Below, piece by piece: positions 21,518-31,789 of a stretch of DNA of 64,000 nt (its first letter is position 1; the number at the start of each line of letters is the position of its first letter). The notes beneath the pieces are model-generated. The model worked only from the letters and a program-made list of their open reading frames with translations. It did no database searches and was not told where the DNA came from. Made by a program: the position numbers and the translations under genes. This stretch comes from Gemmatimonadaceae bacterium. Lineage in GTDB: Bacteria; Gemmatimonadota; Gemmatimonadetes; Gemmatimonadales; Gemmatimonadaceae. The DNA lies in contig JBBDYC010000019.1 of NCBI GenBank assembly GCA_040901985.1, positions 158,403 through 222,402 of the forward strand, written 5' to 3'.

Positions 21518-24500
21518 CGGTGCTCACGGTGGTGGCGCGAGAGACCCGACGGGTGCGACGGCTGGCCGGCGTGGCGTACACGCTGGTGCCGGCCCTCGTC
21601 GGACTCGGCCTGTTGACCGGCGGCGCTGTCTGGCTGGCCGCCGGCCGGTGGCTCGCCCTGCCGGCCGTCGTGCCGATCGTGGTCTGGCTCGCCGCCGTCG
21701 CGGGCGCGGTCATCGTTGGCCGGTTGGCCTGGCGTCGGCTGCGCGCGCGCGCCACCCCGCCCGCGGTGGCCGGGGCGATCGAGCGCGAGCAACGGCTCCG
21801 GCGCGGCGCGCTGACCGGGCTGCTCGAGGTGGCGGACTCCGGCGGCGCCTTTGCCGACCACGCCGCGCGCGCCCTCGGCGCGCGGCTTGCCACCGTCGCG
21901 ACGCGGCCGGCGCCGCGCCAGCGCCGCCGCCTGCGCGGCGTGGCACTCGTCTCGCTGATTGTCTTCGCACAGGTGCTCACATTGGCGAGCGTGTCGTGGG
22001 CCCGACGGCCCGACGGCTGGCGGGCGCTGTTGCACCCGGTGGACGCGTGGCGGGGGACGCTCCTCCCGGCGCTCCGCGTGACCGAATACCCCGAGCGCGT
22101 GGCGCGCGGGGGCGCCGTGCCGCTCGGCGTGCTCGCGCTCGGGCGCTCGCGCGTGGGCGTCCGCTGGCGCGAGACCGGTGGCGCGTGGCGCGATACCGTG
22201 CTCGCGGTGGACGGCCGGGGGCGCGCACGGATGACGATCGCGCCCGCCGACGCCGACCTCGTGGTCGTCGTCGCCGATGGGCGGACCGAGAGCGACAGCG
22301 TCCACGTCCTCGTGGTGGACCGTCCGTTTGTCGGTGAGGTGACGGTCCGTGCGCACTACCCGACCTACCTCGCGCGCGCGGCCGAACGGCTGGCGCACGA
22401 CGAATCCGTGCGGATTCCCGCCGGCACGGCGCTCGAGGTCCACGCCCAGGCGTCGGAAGCGTTATCGTCGGCACGCCTTGTCGCGGACGCCGGCTCGGTG
22501 GCGCTGACCACCGACGGTCAGCGGTTCGGCGGCCGGTTCACGCCGCGCGCGAGCGGAACGTGGCGTTGGGTAGTGCGCGGGCGAGTGGGCGCGATCGACG
22601 ACGTGCCGCCGCCGCTGCACATCGAGGTCGTCGCCGATTCGGTCCCGCGCGCCGAGATCCTCGCCCCGGTCGGCGAGGTCCTCGTGAGCGTGGGCGATGC
22701 CGTGCCGCTCGATGCGTTGGCGCAGGACGACCACGGCCTGGTCGGCGTCTGGCTGCGGACGTGGGTGCGTTCGGCGGCCGGCGTGGACGGCCCGTCGCTC
22801 GACGCGCCGGTCGGCACGGCGCGCGAGAACACCTGGGTGGGGACGGCGGTGGTGGAGATGGGCCGCTTCACCGTGGAATCTGGCGACGCGGTGGTCGCAG
22901 TGCTGATTGCCCGCGACGCGGCGCCCGGCCTGCGCGAGGGGCGGAGCGCCGAACTGATCCTCCGGGTGCCGACCGCCGAGCAGGCGCGCGCCGTGGCGCG
23001 CGAGACGGGCGACGCCGCGGTGAGCGCGGCCGAGGCGGCCGCGCGCGCACAGGCGGAGCTCGCCGAGCGCACGGCGACCGAGGCGCGCACGCGGAGCGAC
23101 CGCGACCCGGGGCGGTCCGCGGCGTCGCCGACACGGCCCAACGACCCGCTCACCTTCGAGGGCGCCGAGCGCTCGCGCGACATCGCGGCGCAACAGCGCG
23201 AGTTGCAGCAGCGGATCGAGCGGCTGCAGCAGGCGGCCGCCGAGATGGAGGAGCGCCTGCGGCGCGCGGGAGCGCTGGACGCCGACCTGGCGCAGCAGCT
23301 GCGCGACGCGCAGCGGCTGCTGCAGGAGGCGATGACACCGGAGATGGCGGCGTCGCTCCAGGGACTTGAGGAGGCGACGCAGCAACTGGACGGGAATCGC
23401 GCGCGCCAGTCGCTGGCCGAACTGGCGGCGCAGCAGCAGCGCCTCCGTGAGGCACTCGAGAAGAGCGCCGAGCTGCTGCGGCGCGCGGCGCTCGAGGGCG
23501 CGCTGCAGACGACGGCGGACCGCGGACGTGAACTGGCCGCCGACCAGCGCGCCTTCGCCGACAGCGTCACCGCGGGCACGACCGGCGCCGAACGGGCGGG
23601 CGCGCTCGAGCGGGAGACGCGCCAGCTGGAGCGGGCGGTCGAACAGCTGCAGGAACGACTCGAGCAAGCCGGGGCGCGGCCGGGCGTGGCGGCGGCGGGG
23701 CAGGCGGCGGCGGCCGTTGAGCAATCGGCGGCGGAGCTCGCGCAGGCAGCCGGAGATCGTGCCGCGCCGGCGCGCGCCGCGACCGCGATGGAACGCGCCG
23801 CCGAGTCCCTGCAGGACGCCCGGACCCGTCAGGTGACCGAATGGAAGCAGGAGTTGACCGACGCGCTCGACCGCTCGGTGCAGGAGATGCTGCAGATGGC
23901 GCGCGAGCAGGACGGCCTCGCCGAGCGGGCGCGGCAGGATCGCGCGGCACCGTCGTTGCGCGCCGGGCAGTCGGCGCTCCAGCAGGGGGTGCAGGCGGCG
24001 CAGGAACGGCTCACCGAGCAGGCGCGGCGGTCGGCGCTGGTGACGCCGCGGACACAGGAACTCGTCGAACGCGCGCGCCAGCGCACGGCGCAGGCGACGC
24101 GCGAGGCAGCGACCGGCCAGCGCGGGCAGACCGAGCAGGCGATGCGCGAGTCGGCCGACGCGCTCCGGCAGGCGGCGGCGCAGTTGACGCGCGACCGTGA
24201 GCGCGCGGCCTCCGCGCAATCGGCCACCGGAATGCAGGAACTGTTGGAGCAGATGCAGCAGTTGGCGCAACAGCAGGGGGCGCTGAACAGCCAACTGCAG
24301 GGCCTGCTGCCGGGCGGTCAGGCGCGTGCCGGCGATCAGGATGCCGATGCCGCCGCCCGCGAGCAGGCACGCGCCCTTGCCCGTGCGCAGCGCGAGGTGG
24401 CGCGCCAGCTCGAGGAAGTGTCGGGCGCCGATCCCTCCGGTCGTGCGCAGGAGCTCGCCCGCGAGGCGCGCGCGCTGGCGCAGGCGATCGACCAAGGTGC

Positions 24501-24777
24501 GTTCGACCCCGCGCAGGCGGCGCGACAGGAGCGCCTGCTCCGGCGAATGCTCGATGCCGGCCGCGCACTGGAGCAGGAACAGCGCGACGAAAGCCAACGG
24601 CGCGAGGCACGGGCGGCGCGCGGCACCGATCGGGTGACGCCGGGGAGTGATGTCACCGGGCGCGCCGCCGAGCGCTACCGCGTGCCGACCTGGGAGGAGC
24701 TGCGCGGCCTGAGCGCCGAGGACCGTCGGCTGGTCATCGAGTACTTCCGGCGCCTGAACGCGGAGCCGCGCCCGTGA
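21514..24777 (+). CDS. Large membrane-anchored beta-sandwich/coiled-coil protein (DUF4175-like)
   Basis: N-terminal TMs, P.Y / A.DD.G beta region, long Q/E/A coiled coil, C-terminal YFRRL. Confidence 0.7.
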   Translation: MTVLTVVARETRRVRRLAGVAYTLVPALVGLGLLTGGAVWLAAGRWLALPAVVPIVVWLAAVAGAVIVGRLAWRRLRARATPPAVAGAIEREQRLRRGALTGLLEVADSGGAFADHAARALGARLATVATRPAPRQRRRLRGVALVSLIVFAQVLTLASVSWARRPDGWRALLHPVDAWRGTLLPALRVTEYPERVARGGAVPLGVLALGRSRVGVRWRETGGAWRDTVLAVDGRGRARMTIAPADADLVVVVADGRTESDSVHVLVVDRPFVGEVTVRAHYPTYLARAAERLAHDESVRIPAGTALEVHAQASEALSSARLVADAGSVALTTDGQRFGGRFTPRASGTWRWVVRGRVGAIDDVPPPLHIEVVADSVPRAEILAPVGEVLVSVGDAVPLDALAQDDHGLVGVWLRTWVRSAAGVDGPSLDAPVGTARENTWVGTAVVEMGRFTVESGDAVVAVLIARDAAPGLREGRSAELILRVPTAEQARAVARETGDAAVSAAEAAARAQAELAERTATEARTRSDRDPGRSAASPTRPNDPLTFEGAERSRDIAAQQRELQQRIERLQQAAAEMEERLRRAGALDADLAQQLRDAQRLLQEAMTPEMAASLQGLEEATQQLDGNRARQSLAELAAQQQRLREALEKSAELLRRAALEGALQTTADRGRELAADQRAFADSVTAGTTGAERAGALERETRQLERAVEQLQERLEQAGARPGVAAAGQAAAAVEQSAAELAQAAGDRAAPARAATAMERAAESLQDARTRQVTEWKQELTDALDRSVQEMLQMAREQDGLAERARQDRAAPSLRAGQSALQQGVQAAQERLTEQARRSALVTPRTQELVERARQRTAQATREAATGQRGQTEQAMRESADALRQAAAQLTRDRERAASAQSATGMQELLEQMQQLAQQQGALNSQLQGLLPGGQARAGDQDADAAAREQARALARAQREVARQLEEVSGADPSGRAQELAREARALAQAIDQGAFDPAQAARQERLLRRMLDAGRALEQEQRDESQRREARAARGTDRVTPGSDVTGRAAERYRVPTWEELRGLSAEDRRLVIEYFRRLNAEPRP

Positions 24778-26468
24778 GCGCGCCGTCCGCGCCGTGGGTG
24801 CTCGGACTGCTGCTGGCGGTCGCCGCGCCGCCGGCGCTCGGCGCCCAGGAGTCGGGCGGCGCCCTCGTGTCGAAGGCGATCGAGCTGGAGGGCGCGGGGC
24901 GGAATCGCGAGGCGGTTGCCGCCTGGCGCGCGGCAATCGCCGGCGGCGCCGTGCTCCCCGGCGTGCTCGGCCTCGAACGGGTCTTCTCGATGCTCGGCGA
25001 GGAGGACTCGGTGCTGGTGGTGATTGACTCGCTGCTCCCGCACTTCCCGCGCGAACCGCAGCTGCGGTCGGCTCAACTGCGGACGTACGTCGCGTTGGGG
25101 CGCGACGCCGAGGCGGCAGCCGCGTTCCGCGCGTGGCGCGACAGTCGGCCGGGAGAGGTCGCGCCGTATCGTGACTTTGCGCGCGTGCTCCTGTTCAACA
25201 ACCGGGCGTCGTCGGCCGACACCGTGCTGCGCGAGGCGGTGGAGACGCTCGGCTCCTCGCGCGTGCTGCTGCTTGAGCTGGCGCAGCTGCGGGCGGCACT
25301 CGGCCGCTGGCGCGACGCCGCCGAGGCGTGGCGCGAGACGATGCGTGACCAGCCGTACTTCGAGGCGGCGACGGTCTTCTCGCTCTCGCCGGCGCCCGTC
25401 GGCGCCCGGGATTCGATCCGCGTCGAACTCCGCGCGCCGGGCACGCCGCTCGGCGCCATCCAGTCGCTGGCCCTGCTCGAACTCGGGTGGGGCGCGCCGC
25501 GCGAGGGATGGCGTGTCCTCGCGCCGTTATGGCCGTCGGATACCGCGATCGCGATCTGGACCGAGTTCGCTGGCGAGGCGGAGCGCGCACAGGCGTGGTC
25601 CACGATGCGCGATGCGCTGCTGGCGGTGCATCGTGCGCGTCCGGGGCTGGCAATCGCACTGCGGACCGCCGTGGCGGCGCTTCGGGCCAACGATGCGGAA
25701 ACCGCCCTCGAGCTCGCGCGTACGGCGCGCGAACGCGCCGACACGTCGCTGGTGCGCGCCGAGATCCTGCCGGTCGAACTCGAGGCGCTCGCGCGGCTCG
25801 GCCGGGCGGCCGAGGCGGAGTGGGTCCTGGCGGCGGCCGCGCTCGGGCGGGCCGGGGAGCGCGCCTATGCGCGCACGATCGCGTGGGCGTGGATTCGCGC
25901 CGGCAATGTCGTGCGGGCCCGTGCGGTGCTTGCTGACGCGCCGCTCGATGCTGAGGACGCGGTGGCCGGGTGGCTCGCGCTCTTTGACGGCGACCTTGCC
26001 GCCGCCCGGCCGGCGCTCCGCTACAGCGAGTCATTCGGCGCCGAGGCGGTGACGGTGCTTGCCTTCCTCTCGCGGACGCGGGCAACGCGCGCGCCGGCCG
26101 CCGGCGCGGCCTTCCTCGCACTGGCGCGCGCGGATTCGGTGGCCTCGGTCCGCGAGTTCCGGCGTGCGGCGGCCGAGCTCACCGACGCGGCACCGTTGCT
26201 CCTGGCGATGGCGGCGCGGATCGAGATCGCGCGCGGGGCCAACGCGTCGGGCATCGCGCTCTGGGAGCGGGTGGCGACGGCATTTGCCGACGCGCCGGAG
26301 GCGCCCGAGGCGCGGCTCGAACTCGGGCGCGCGTTCCGCGCGCAGGGCGACGTGCGCGGCGCGCGCGCGCAGTTCGAGCAGTTGATCCTCGCCTATCCGT
26401 CGAGCGCGCTCGTGCCCCAGGCGCGGCGCGAGCTCGACGCGCTGCCGCCGCTGGCGGACGGACGCTGA
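24774..26468 (+). CDS. Exported TPR-repeat protein
   Basis: Signal peptide; C-terminal APEARLELGR...A...FE.LI..YP.S...PQAR. Confidence 0.75.
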   Translation: MSAPSAPWVLGLLLAVAAPPALGAQESGGALVSKAIELEGAGRNREAVAAWRAAIAGGAVLPGVLGLERVFSMLGEEDSVLVVIDSLLPHFPREPQLRSAQLRTYVALGRDAEAAAAFRAWRDSRPGEVAPYRDFARVLLFNNRASSADTVLREAVETLGSSRVLLLELAQLRAALGRWRDAAEAWRETMRDQPYFEAATVFSLSPAPVGARDSIRVELRAPGTPLGAIQSLALLELGWGAPREGWRVLAPLWPSDTAIAIWTEFAGEAERAQAWSTMRDALLAVHRARPGLAIALRTAVAALRANDAETALELARTARERADTSLVRAEILPVELEALARLGRAAEAEWVLAAAALGRAGERAYARTIAWAWIRAGNVVRARAVLADAPLDAEDAVAGWLALFDGDLAAARPALRYSESFGAEAVTVLAFLSRTRATRAPAAGAAFLALARADSVASVREFRRAAAELTDAAPLLLAMAARIEIARGANASGIALWERVATAFADAPEAPEARLELGRAFRAQGDVRGARAQFEQLILAYPSSALVPQARRELDALPPLADGR

Positions 26469-27754
26469 TGCGCGCCGAGGTCCGCGGCACCCTCCGGGCG
26501 GCGGGCGCGGCGCTCGCGCTGGCGCTCGCGCTCGCCGCGCCGCCGCTCCACGGCCAGCACCTGCTGATCCCGATGGACGACGCACAGACCAATCACCTGA
26601 AGGCATACGGCGTGACCTTCAGCGCGCTGCTTGAGAACGTGCGCAGCGAGTGGCTGCTCAACTTCCGCGGTGGGAGCTTCCTCGTGCCCGACCTCGCGGC
26701 GCTCCGTCGCGCGGCGGCGCTCGCCGGCGTACACGTCGAGCCGGTGGATGGCGCGGCGATGGCGGTGATCCGCCGCGAGATCGCCGAGGGCAATATGGAC
26801 GCAGTGCCGCTCGAGAAGGCGCCCCGCATCGCCGTCTACACGCCCCCGCAGTCGCCGCCGTGGGACGACGCGGTGACGCTCGCCCTCACCTATGCCGGCA
26901 TCCGCTACACGGCGATCTGGGACGACGACGTCCTCGACACCGACCTCTCGCAGTTCGACTGGATCCACCTGCACCACGAGGACTTCACTGGCCAGGCGAA
27001 TAAGCTCCATCTCGGATTCCGCGATGCCGCGTGGTTCGTGCAGTCGCGGGAGCGGGACCTCGCCACGGCGCGGAAGTACTCGCTGGCCGACGTGCCGGCG
27101 CTCAAGAAGACCGTCGCCGACCGGCTGCGCGGGTTCGTCGAGCGCGGCGGCTTCCTCTTTGCGATGTGCGGCGCCACCGAGACGCTCGAGCTCGCCAACG
27201 CCGCGCAGGGGGTGGACATCGCCGGCCAGTTCACCGACGGTTCGCCGATGGACCCCGATGCCGATGCCAAGCTGGACTGGACGCGGGCGTTCGCGGTGGA
27301 GGGGGCGCGGCTCGAGTTCGCGACCGGCGTCAATGCGATGAGCGACATTGACGGGCACCAGGTGAATGTCCCGTCCCGGCGGCAGCCGCTCGGGACCTTC
27401 ACGCTGTTTGGATTCTCGGCCAAGTTCGACCCGGTGGCGTCCATGCTCGTCCAGAATCACCGAAGCGTGCTGCGCGACTTCTATGGCGTCACCACGTCGT
27501 TCACGAGGCGCACGCTCAAGCCCGGCGTGACGGTGCTGGCGCACGAGGAGGGGGCGCCGTGGGTGAAGTACATCCACGGCGCGTACGGGCGCGGGTCGTG
27601 GACCTTCCTTGGCGGGCACGATCCCGAGGACGCGCAGCACAACATCGGCGCGCCGCCGACCGACCTCGCGCTGCATCCGAACTCGCCGGGGTATCGGCTG
27701 ATCCTCAACAACGTGCTCTTCCCGGCGGCCAGGAAGAAGCCGTTGAAGACCTGA
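26468..27754 (+). CDS. Exported protein with class I glutamine-amidotransferase-like features (family often labelled asparagine synthetase B)
   Basis: Signal peptide; LIPMD..Q..HLKAYG, PWDDAVTL.LTYA, WIHLHHEDFTGQ, GGFLFAMC, GHDPED, SPGYRLILNNVLFPAA. Confidence 0.7.
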   Translation: MRAEVRGTLRAAGAALALALALAAPPLHGQHLLIPMDDAQTNHLKAYGVTFSALLENVRSEWLLNFRGGSFLVPDLAALRRAAALAGVHVEPVDGAAMAVIRREIAEGNMDAVPLEKAPRIAVYTPPQSPPWDDAVTLALTYAGIRYTAIWDDDVLDTDLSQFDWIHLHHEDFTGQANKLHLGFRDAAWFVQSRERDLATARKYSLADVPALKKTVADRLRGFVERGGFLFAMCGATETLELANAAQGVDIAGQFTDGSPMDPDADAKLDWTRAFAVEGARLEFATGVNAMSDIDGHQVNVPSRRQPLGTFTLFGFSAKFDPVASMLVQNHRSVLRDFYGVTTSFTRRTLKPGVTVLAHEEGAPWVKYIHGAYGRGSWTFLGGHDPEDAQHNIGAPPTDLALHPNSPGYRLILNNVLFPAARKKPLKT

Positions 27755-30321
27755 TGACGCGGCAGGCGCGGGCGACCGAGGGCGCGGGCGGTGACGCCGT
27801 CGCGGACGGCGCCTTCCACGGCGAGACCGACCGCCTGACGCCGGGCGCCGCGGCGGCCATCCGCTCGGCGATCCGCCTCGCCGGCGGGCGCGAGGTCTGC
27901 TTCGTCTGCACGACGAACGACGCCGGCGTCGTGCAGACGGCGCGGGTGGCGGCGCGCGGCGACGTGCGCAGCGTGCTGGCGCTGCCCGGCTTTGCCAACC
28001 GCGGGGAGTTGCTCGTGCACAATCACCCGACTGGCTGGCTGGAGCCGTCGGGGGCGGACCTCGACGTGGCGGCGCGCCTGCACGACGACGGGATCGGCTT
28101 TGCGATCACCGACAACGACGGCGCGCGCCTCTACGTGGTCGTGGAAGCGCCGCGACCGGCGAAGCCGGCGGCGCTCGTGCCGGGCGACGTGGCCGGGGTG
28201 CTCGGCCCCGACGGTCCGGTGGCTGCCCATCTCGGCCGCTACGAGGATCGGCCGAGCCAGCGCGAGATGGCCCGGTTGATCGCGCAGCTCTTCACGCGTG
28301 GCGGGATCGGGCTCATCGAGGCGGGAACGGGGGTCGGCAAGTCCCTCGGCTACCTCGTGCCGGCGCTGCGGTGGGCGGCCGAGAGCGGCGAGCGCACGGT
28401 CGTCTCGACCAACACGATCACGCTGCAGGAACAGCTGACGACGAAGGACCTGCCATTTCTCGCCCGCGCGCTCGACGACCAGCCGGTGCGCTTCGCGCTC
28501 CTCAAGGGGTGGCGGAACTACGTCTGCCTGCAGCGCCTCGAACAGGCGCGCGCGCAGGGGGCGGTCCTGTTCGAGGACGACGCCAGCGCGGACCTCGCGG
28601 CACTCGAGGCGTGGGCCGAGCGGACGACCGACGGCTCGCTCGCCGATCTCCCAACGGCGCCGCGACCGGAGGTCTGGGACGAGGTCGCCGCCGAAGGGGA
28701 CCTCTGTACGCGGCTCCGGTGCCCGCACTTCGACGCCTGCTTCGTGTTCAAGGCGCGGCGACACGCGGCGCAGGCCGACGTGATCGTCGTGAACCACCAT
28801 CTGTTGATGGCCGACATTGCCGTGCGGCGCTCGTCGGGGCGCTGGGACGAGTCGGCGGTGTTGCCGGCGTACAAGCGCCTGGTGATTGACGAAGGGCACC
28901 ATCTGGAGGACGCCGCGGCGGCGCACCTCGGGCAGAGCGTGACCCGGCGCGGCCTCGAGCGGCTCTTCGCGCGGCTGGAGCGGCGGGAGAAGGGGCTGTT
29001 GCCGGCGCTGCAGCAGAAGCTGGTGGCGGGGAGGGACGCGCAGAGTGCGGCCAGCTTCGACCTCGTCACGGCGCGGCTCATCCCGTCGCTGCAGGCGGCA
29101 CGGCAGAAAGGCGCGGCGGTCTGCGACCTGCTCACCGCGTGGATGCGTGCCCAGCCGGAGCCGGTCGTGCGGCTCGCCGAGGCGTTCGATGACGATCCGA
29201 TCTGGGCGGCCGGCCTCGATGCCGCGCTCGACGACCTGCTCGCCGAGATCGAGATTCTCGGCGACGGCCTGCGGATGGTGCGCGACCGGCTCGAGTCCGA
29301 CGAGCGGCGGACCGAGGAGCTGGCCCCCCTGCTGAACGAGATCCGGGGTGTGACGCGCCGCCTGCAGGCGAGCGGCGACGCGCTCCGCGCCTCGCTGCGC
29401 TCGGACCGTGAGGCGCCATTGCGCGTCCGCTGGCTCGAACTCTTCGGCAAGGGCCAGAACGTCGGCGCGACCGCGGTGCCGCTCGACCTCGCGCCGGTGC
29501 TGCGCGAGGACCTCTTCCGGCGCGTCGAGACGGCGGTCGTGACGAGCGCGACGCTTGCGGTGGGCGACGGCTTCGATTTCATCACGCGCCGCCTCGGCCT
29601 CGACGACGCGGAACTCGAGCCGGTCACCGCGTCGCTGGCCTCGCCGTTCGACTATCCGCGGCAGGCGATGTTGCTCATCCCGAGCGACTTCCCGGCGCCC
29701 AACGTGGACGGCCCGGGACATCTCCGGCGGACGATGGACGCCGCGTCGGACCTGATTGAGTTCGCCGGCGGCGGGATCTTCATCCTCTTCACGAGCCATC
29801 GTGACGTGCGCGAGGCGGCGCGAACGCTGCGGGAGCGCGGCCTCGAGGGCCGACACCCGCTGCTGGTGCACGGCGAGGCGCCGCGCGACGACCTCCTGCG
29901 GAGATTTCGCGATCACGGCGATGCGGTACTCGTCGGAACGGCGAGCTTCTGGGAAGGGGTGGACGTGCCGGGGCGGGCACTCCGCGGGATGGTGATCGGG
30001 CGGATCCCGTTCCGCGTGCCGACCGAGCCGATGACCGCCGCGCACTGCGAGGCGATCGAGGCGGCGGGGGGCGACGCCTTTGCCGAGTATATGATTCCGC
30101 ACGCGGCGCTCCGCCTCAAGCAGGGGTTCGGCCGGCTGATCCGCACCGCGACCGATCGCGGCGCCGTCGTCATCTGCGACCCGCGCGTGGTCACCAAGGG
30201 CTACGGCCGGCACCTGACGGAGGGACTCCCGCCGGCGGCGCGCCTCCAGGGCCCGTGGGCGATGCTGCGCGAGGAGCTGGCCGCGTTCTATCGCGGCGCT
30301 GGGCCGGTGACAGCGGGGTAG
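27754..30321 (+). CDS. dinG: DinG-family Fe-S helicase with N-terminal JAB/MPN domain
   Basis: HNHPTGWLEPSGAD (JAMM); R..Q, EAGTGVGKS, NYVC...C....C.....C, DEGH, TSATL, FWEGVD, QG.GRLIR. Confidence 0.9.
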   Translation: MTRQARATEGAGGDAVADGAFHGETDRLTPGAAAAIRSAIRLAGGREVCFVCTTNDAGVVQTARVAARGDVRSVLALPGFANRGELLVHNHPTGWLEPSGADLDVAARLHDDGIGFAITDNDGARLYVVVEAPRPAKPAALVPGDVAGVLGPDGPVAAHLGRYEDRPSQREMARLIAQLFTRGGIGLIEAGTGVGKSLGYLVPALRWAAESGERTVVSTNTITLQEQLTTKDLPFLARALDDQPVRFALLKGWRNYVCLQRLEQARAQGAVLFEDDASADLAALEAWAERTTDGSLADLPTAPRPEVWDEVAAEGDLCTRLRCPHFDACFVFKARRHAAQADVIVVNHHLLMADIAVRRSSGRWDESAVLPAYKRLVIDEGHHLEDAAAAHLGQSVTRRGLERLFARLERREKGLLPALQQKLVAGRDAQSAASFDLVTARLIPSLQAARQKGAAVCDLLTAWMRAQPEPVVRLAEAFDDDPIWAAGLDAALDDLLAEIEILGDGLRMVRDRLESDERRTEELAPLLNEIRGVTRRLQASGDALRASLRSDREAPLRVRWLELFGKGQNVGATAVPLDLAPVLREDLFRRVETAVVTSATLAVGDGFDFITRRLGLDDAELEPVTASLASPFDYPRQAMLLIPSDFPAPNVDGPGHLRRTMDAASDLIEFAGGGIFILFTSHRDVREAARTLRERGLEGRHPLLVHGEAPRDDLLRRFRDHGDAVLVGTASFWEGVDVPGRALRGMVIGRIPFRVPTEPMTAAHCEAIEAAGGDAFAEYMIPHAALRLKQGFGRLIRTATDRGAVVICDPRVVTKGYGRHLTEGLPPAARLQGPWAMLREELAAFYRGAGPVTAG

Positions 30322-30329
30322 ATTGCAGG

Positions 30330-30944
30330 ATGGCCAGACCCGGGAAAATCGTCTGCGTGGGCCGGAACTATCGCGAACACGCGCGGGAACTCGGCCACGA
30401 GGTCCCGACGTCGCCGTTGCTCTTCTTCAAGCCCACCTCGGCCGTCATCGCCAGTGGAGAGCCGATTGTCCTGCCGACCGGCGTCGGCCGGGTGGACTTC
30501 GAGGGGGAGATTGGCGTGGTGATCGGCCGGGCGTTGCAGCGCGCGTCGCCGGCCGAGTGCGCGGCGGCGGTGCGTGGCATTGTCGCGGTGAACGACGTCA
30601 GCGCGCGCGACCTGCAGAAGAGCGAACCCCAATGGGCCCGCGCCAAGGGCACCGACACCTTCTGCCCGCTCGGTGCGGAGCGCACGGGAACGCCCGACCT
30701 CGGCGCGCTGACGGTCGTGAGTCGCCTGAACGGTGAGGAGTGCCAACGAGCGACATCGTCGGAGATGATCTTCCCGATCGGCGAACTCCTCGCGTACATC
30801 ACGGCCTCCATCACGCTCGACCCGGGCGACGTGGTCTCGACCGGGACTCCGGCCGGCGTGCGCGCGCTCGCGCCGGGTGACGTCGTGGAGGTGGAGGTCG
30901 AGGGGTGGAGCATCGTGCGGAACCCGGTCGTGGCCGCGTCGTGA
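30330..30944 (+). CDS. Fumarylacetoacetate hydrolase family protein
   Basis: KIVCVGRNY..H, DFEGE, NDVSARD, W..AK..DTFCP.G, PGDV..TGTP.GV. Confidence 0.92.
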   Translation: MARPGKIVCVGRNYREHARELGHEVPTSPLLFFKPTSAVIASGEPIVLPTGVGRVDFEGEIGVVIGRALQRASPAECAAAVRGIVAVNDVSARDLQKSEPQWARAKGTDTFCPLGAERTGTPDLGALTVVSRLNGEECQRATSSEMIFPIGELLAYITASITLDPGDVVSTGTPAGVRALAPGDVVEVEVEGWSIVRNPVVAAS

Positions 30945-31789
30945 AGCGCCCGCAGGCGTGGCGGTTGCCGACACGGCGCTCGGGCGACCCCCGTGCGTCC
31001 CTCGTCGGCCTGTTCGTCCAGCTCACGGTCATGGCGATCGTCGTGCCGGTGTTGCTCGTGCCGGTGGCGTGGGACTTTTTGCTCGACGATGCCGGTGGGC
31101 GGGTCGTGCCGGAGCGGATCAGCTTCATCGTGTCGCTCCCGACCGAGGGGCCGGCGCAGCGGGAGCCGGCGCGCGCCGGCGGTGACGGACGACCGCTCAC
31201 CGAGACGCCACCGCCGGCCGCGCCGCCGATCGTGGCGCCGACGGCCGTGCCGACCGGTGTCGCGCCGGCCCCGGCGACGCCGGCACCCGTCGGGGGGCTC
31301 GGACCGCTCATCGGCGGCGGCGGGCCGCTGCGCGGGATCCAGCCCACGTTCACCGATCAGCGCCTCTGGGTCCCCCACGGCGACGTGGTCGCCACGCCGA
31401 TGGTCCCGCTGTCCCGCGCCGACACGCTGCGCATCCTGCTGCAACGCCGGGCCATCGCGATGATGGATTCGATCAGCAGCCTGCCATCGGATCTGGGACG
31501 GCTCGGCGACTGGACGGTGAATCGCAATGGAAAGAAGTACGGGATTGATGGTCAGTTCATCCGGCTCGGGGCATTCTCGATCCCGACGCAGCTGCTGGCG
31601 CTGTTGCCGATGAACGTCCAGGCGAATCCGATCGCGATGGAGCGCGCACGGCGGCTCGATTCGATGCGCGAGGAGATCGAGACGCAGGCCAACCGGTCGA
31701 TCCGCGACGAGGAGTTCCGCAAGGCGGTGGACGCGCTGCGCGCGCGCCGGGAGCGCGAGCGCCGCGCGGCGGCCGACTCGCTCAACTAG
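30941..31789 (+). CDS. Hypothetical membrane-anchored Pro-rich protein
   Basis: Single TM, Pro/Ala linker, W.....GKKYG.D motif; GTG overlaps the upstream stop. Confidence 0.6.
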   Translation: MKRPQAWRLPTRRSGDPRASLVGLFVQLTVMAIVVPVLLVPVAWDFLLDDAGGRVVPERISFIVSLPTEGPAQREPARAGGDGRPLTETPPPAAPPIVAPTAVPTGVAPAPATPAPVGGLGPLIGGGGPLRGIQPTFTDQRLWVPHGDVVATPMVPLSRADTLRILLQRRAIAMMDSISSLPSDLGRLGDWTVNRNGKKYGIDGQFIRLGAFSIPTQLLALLPMNVQANPIAMERARRLDSMREEIETQANRSIRDEEFRKAVDALRARRERERRAAADSLN

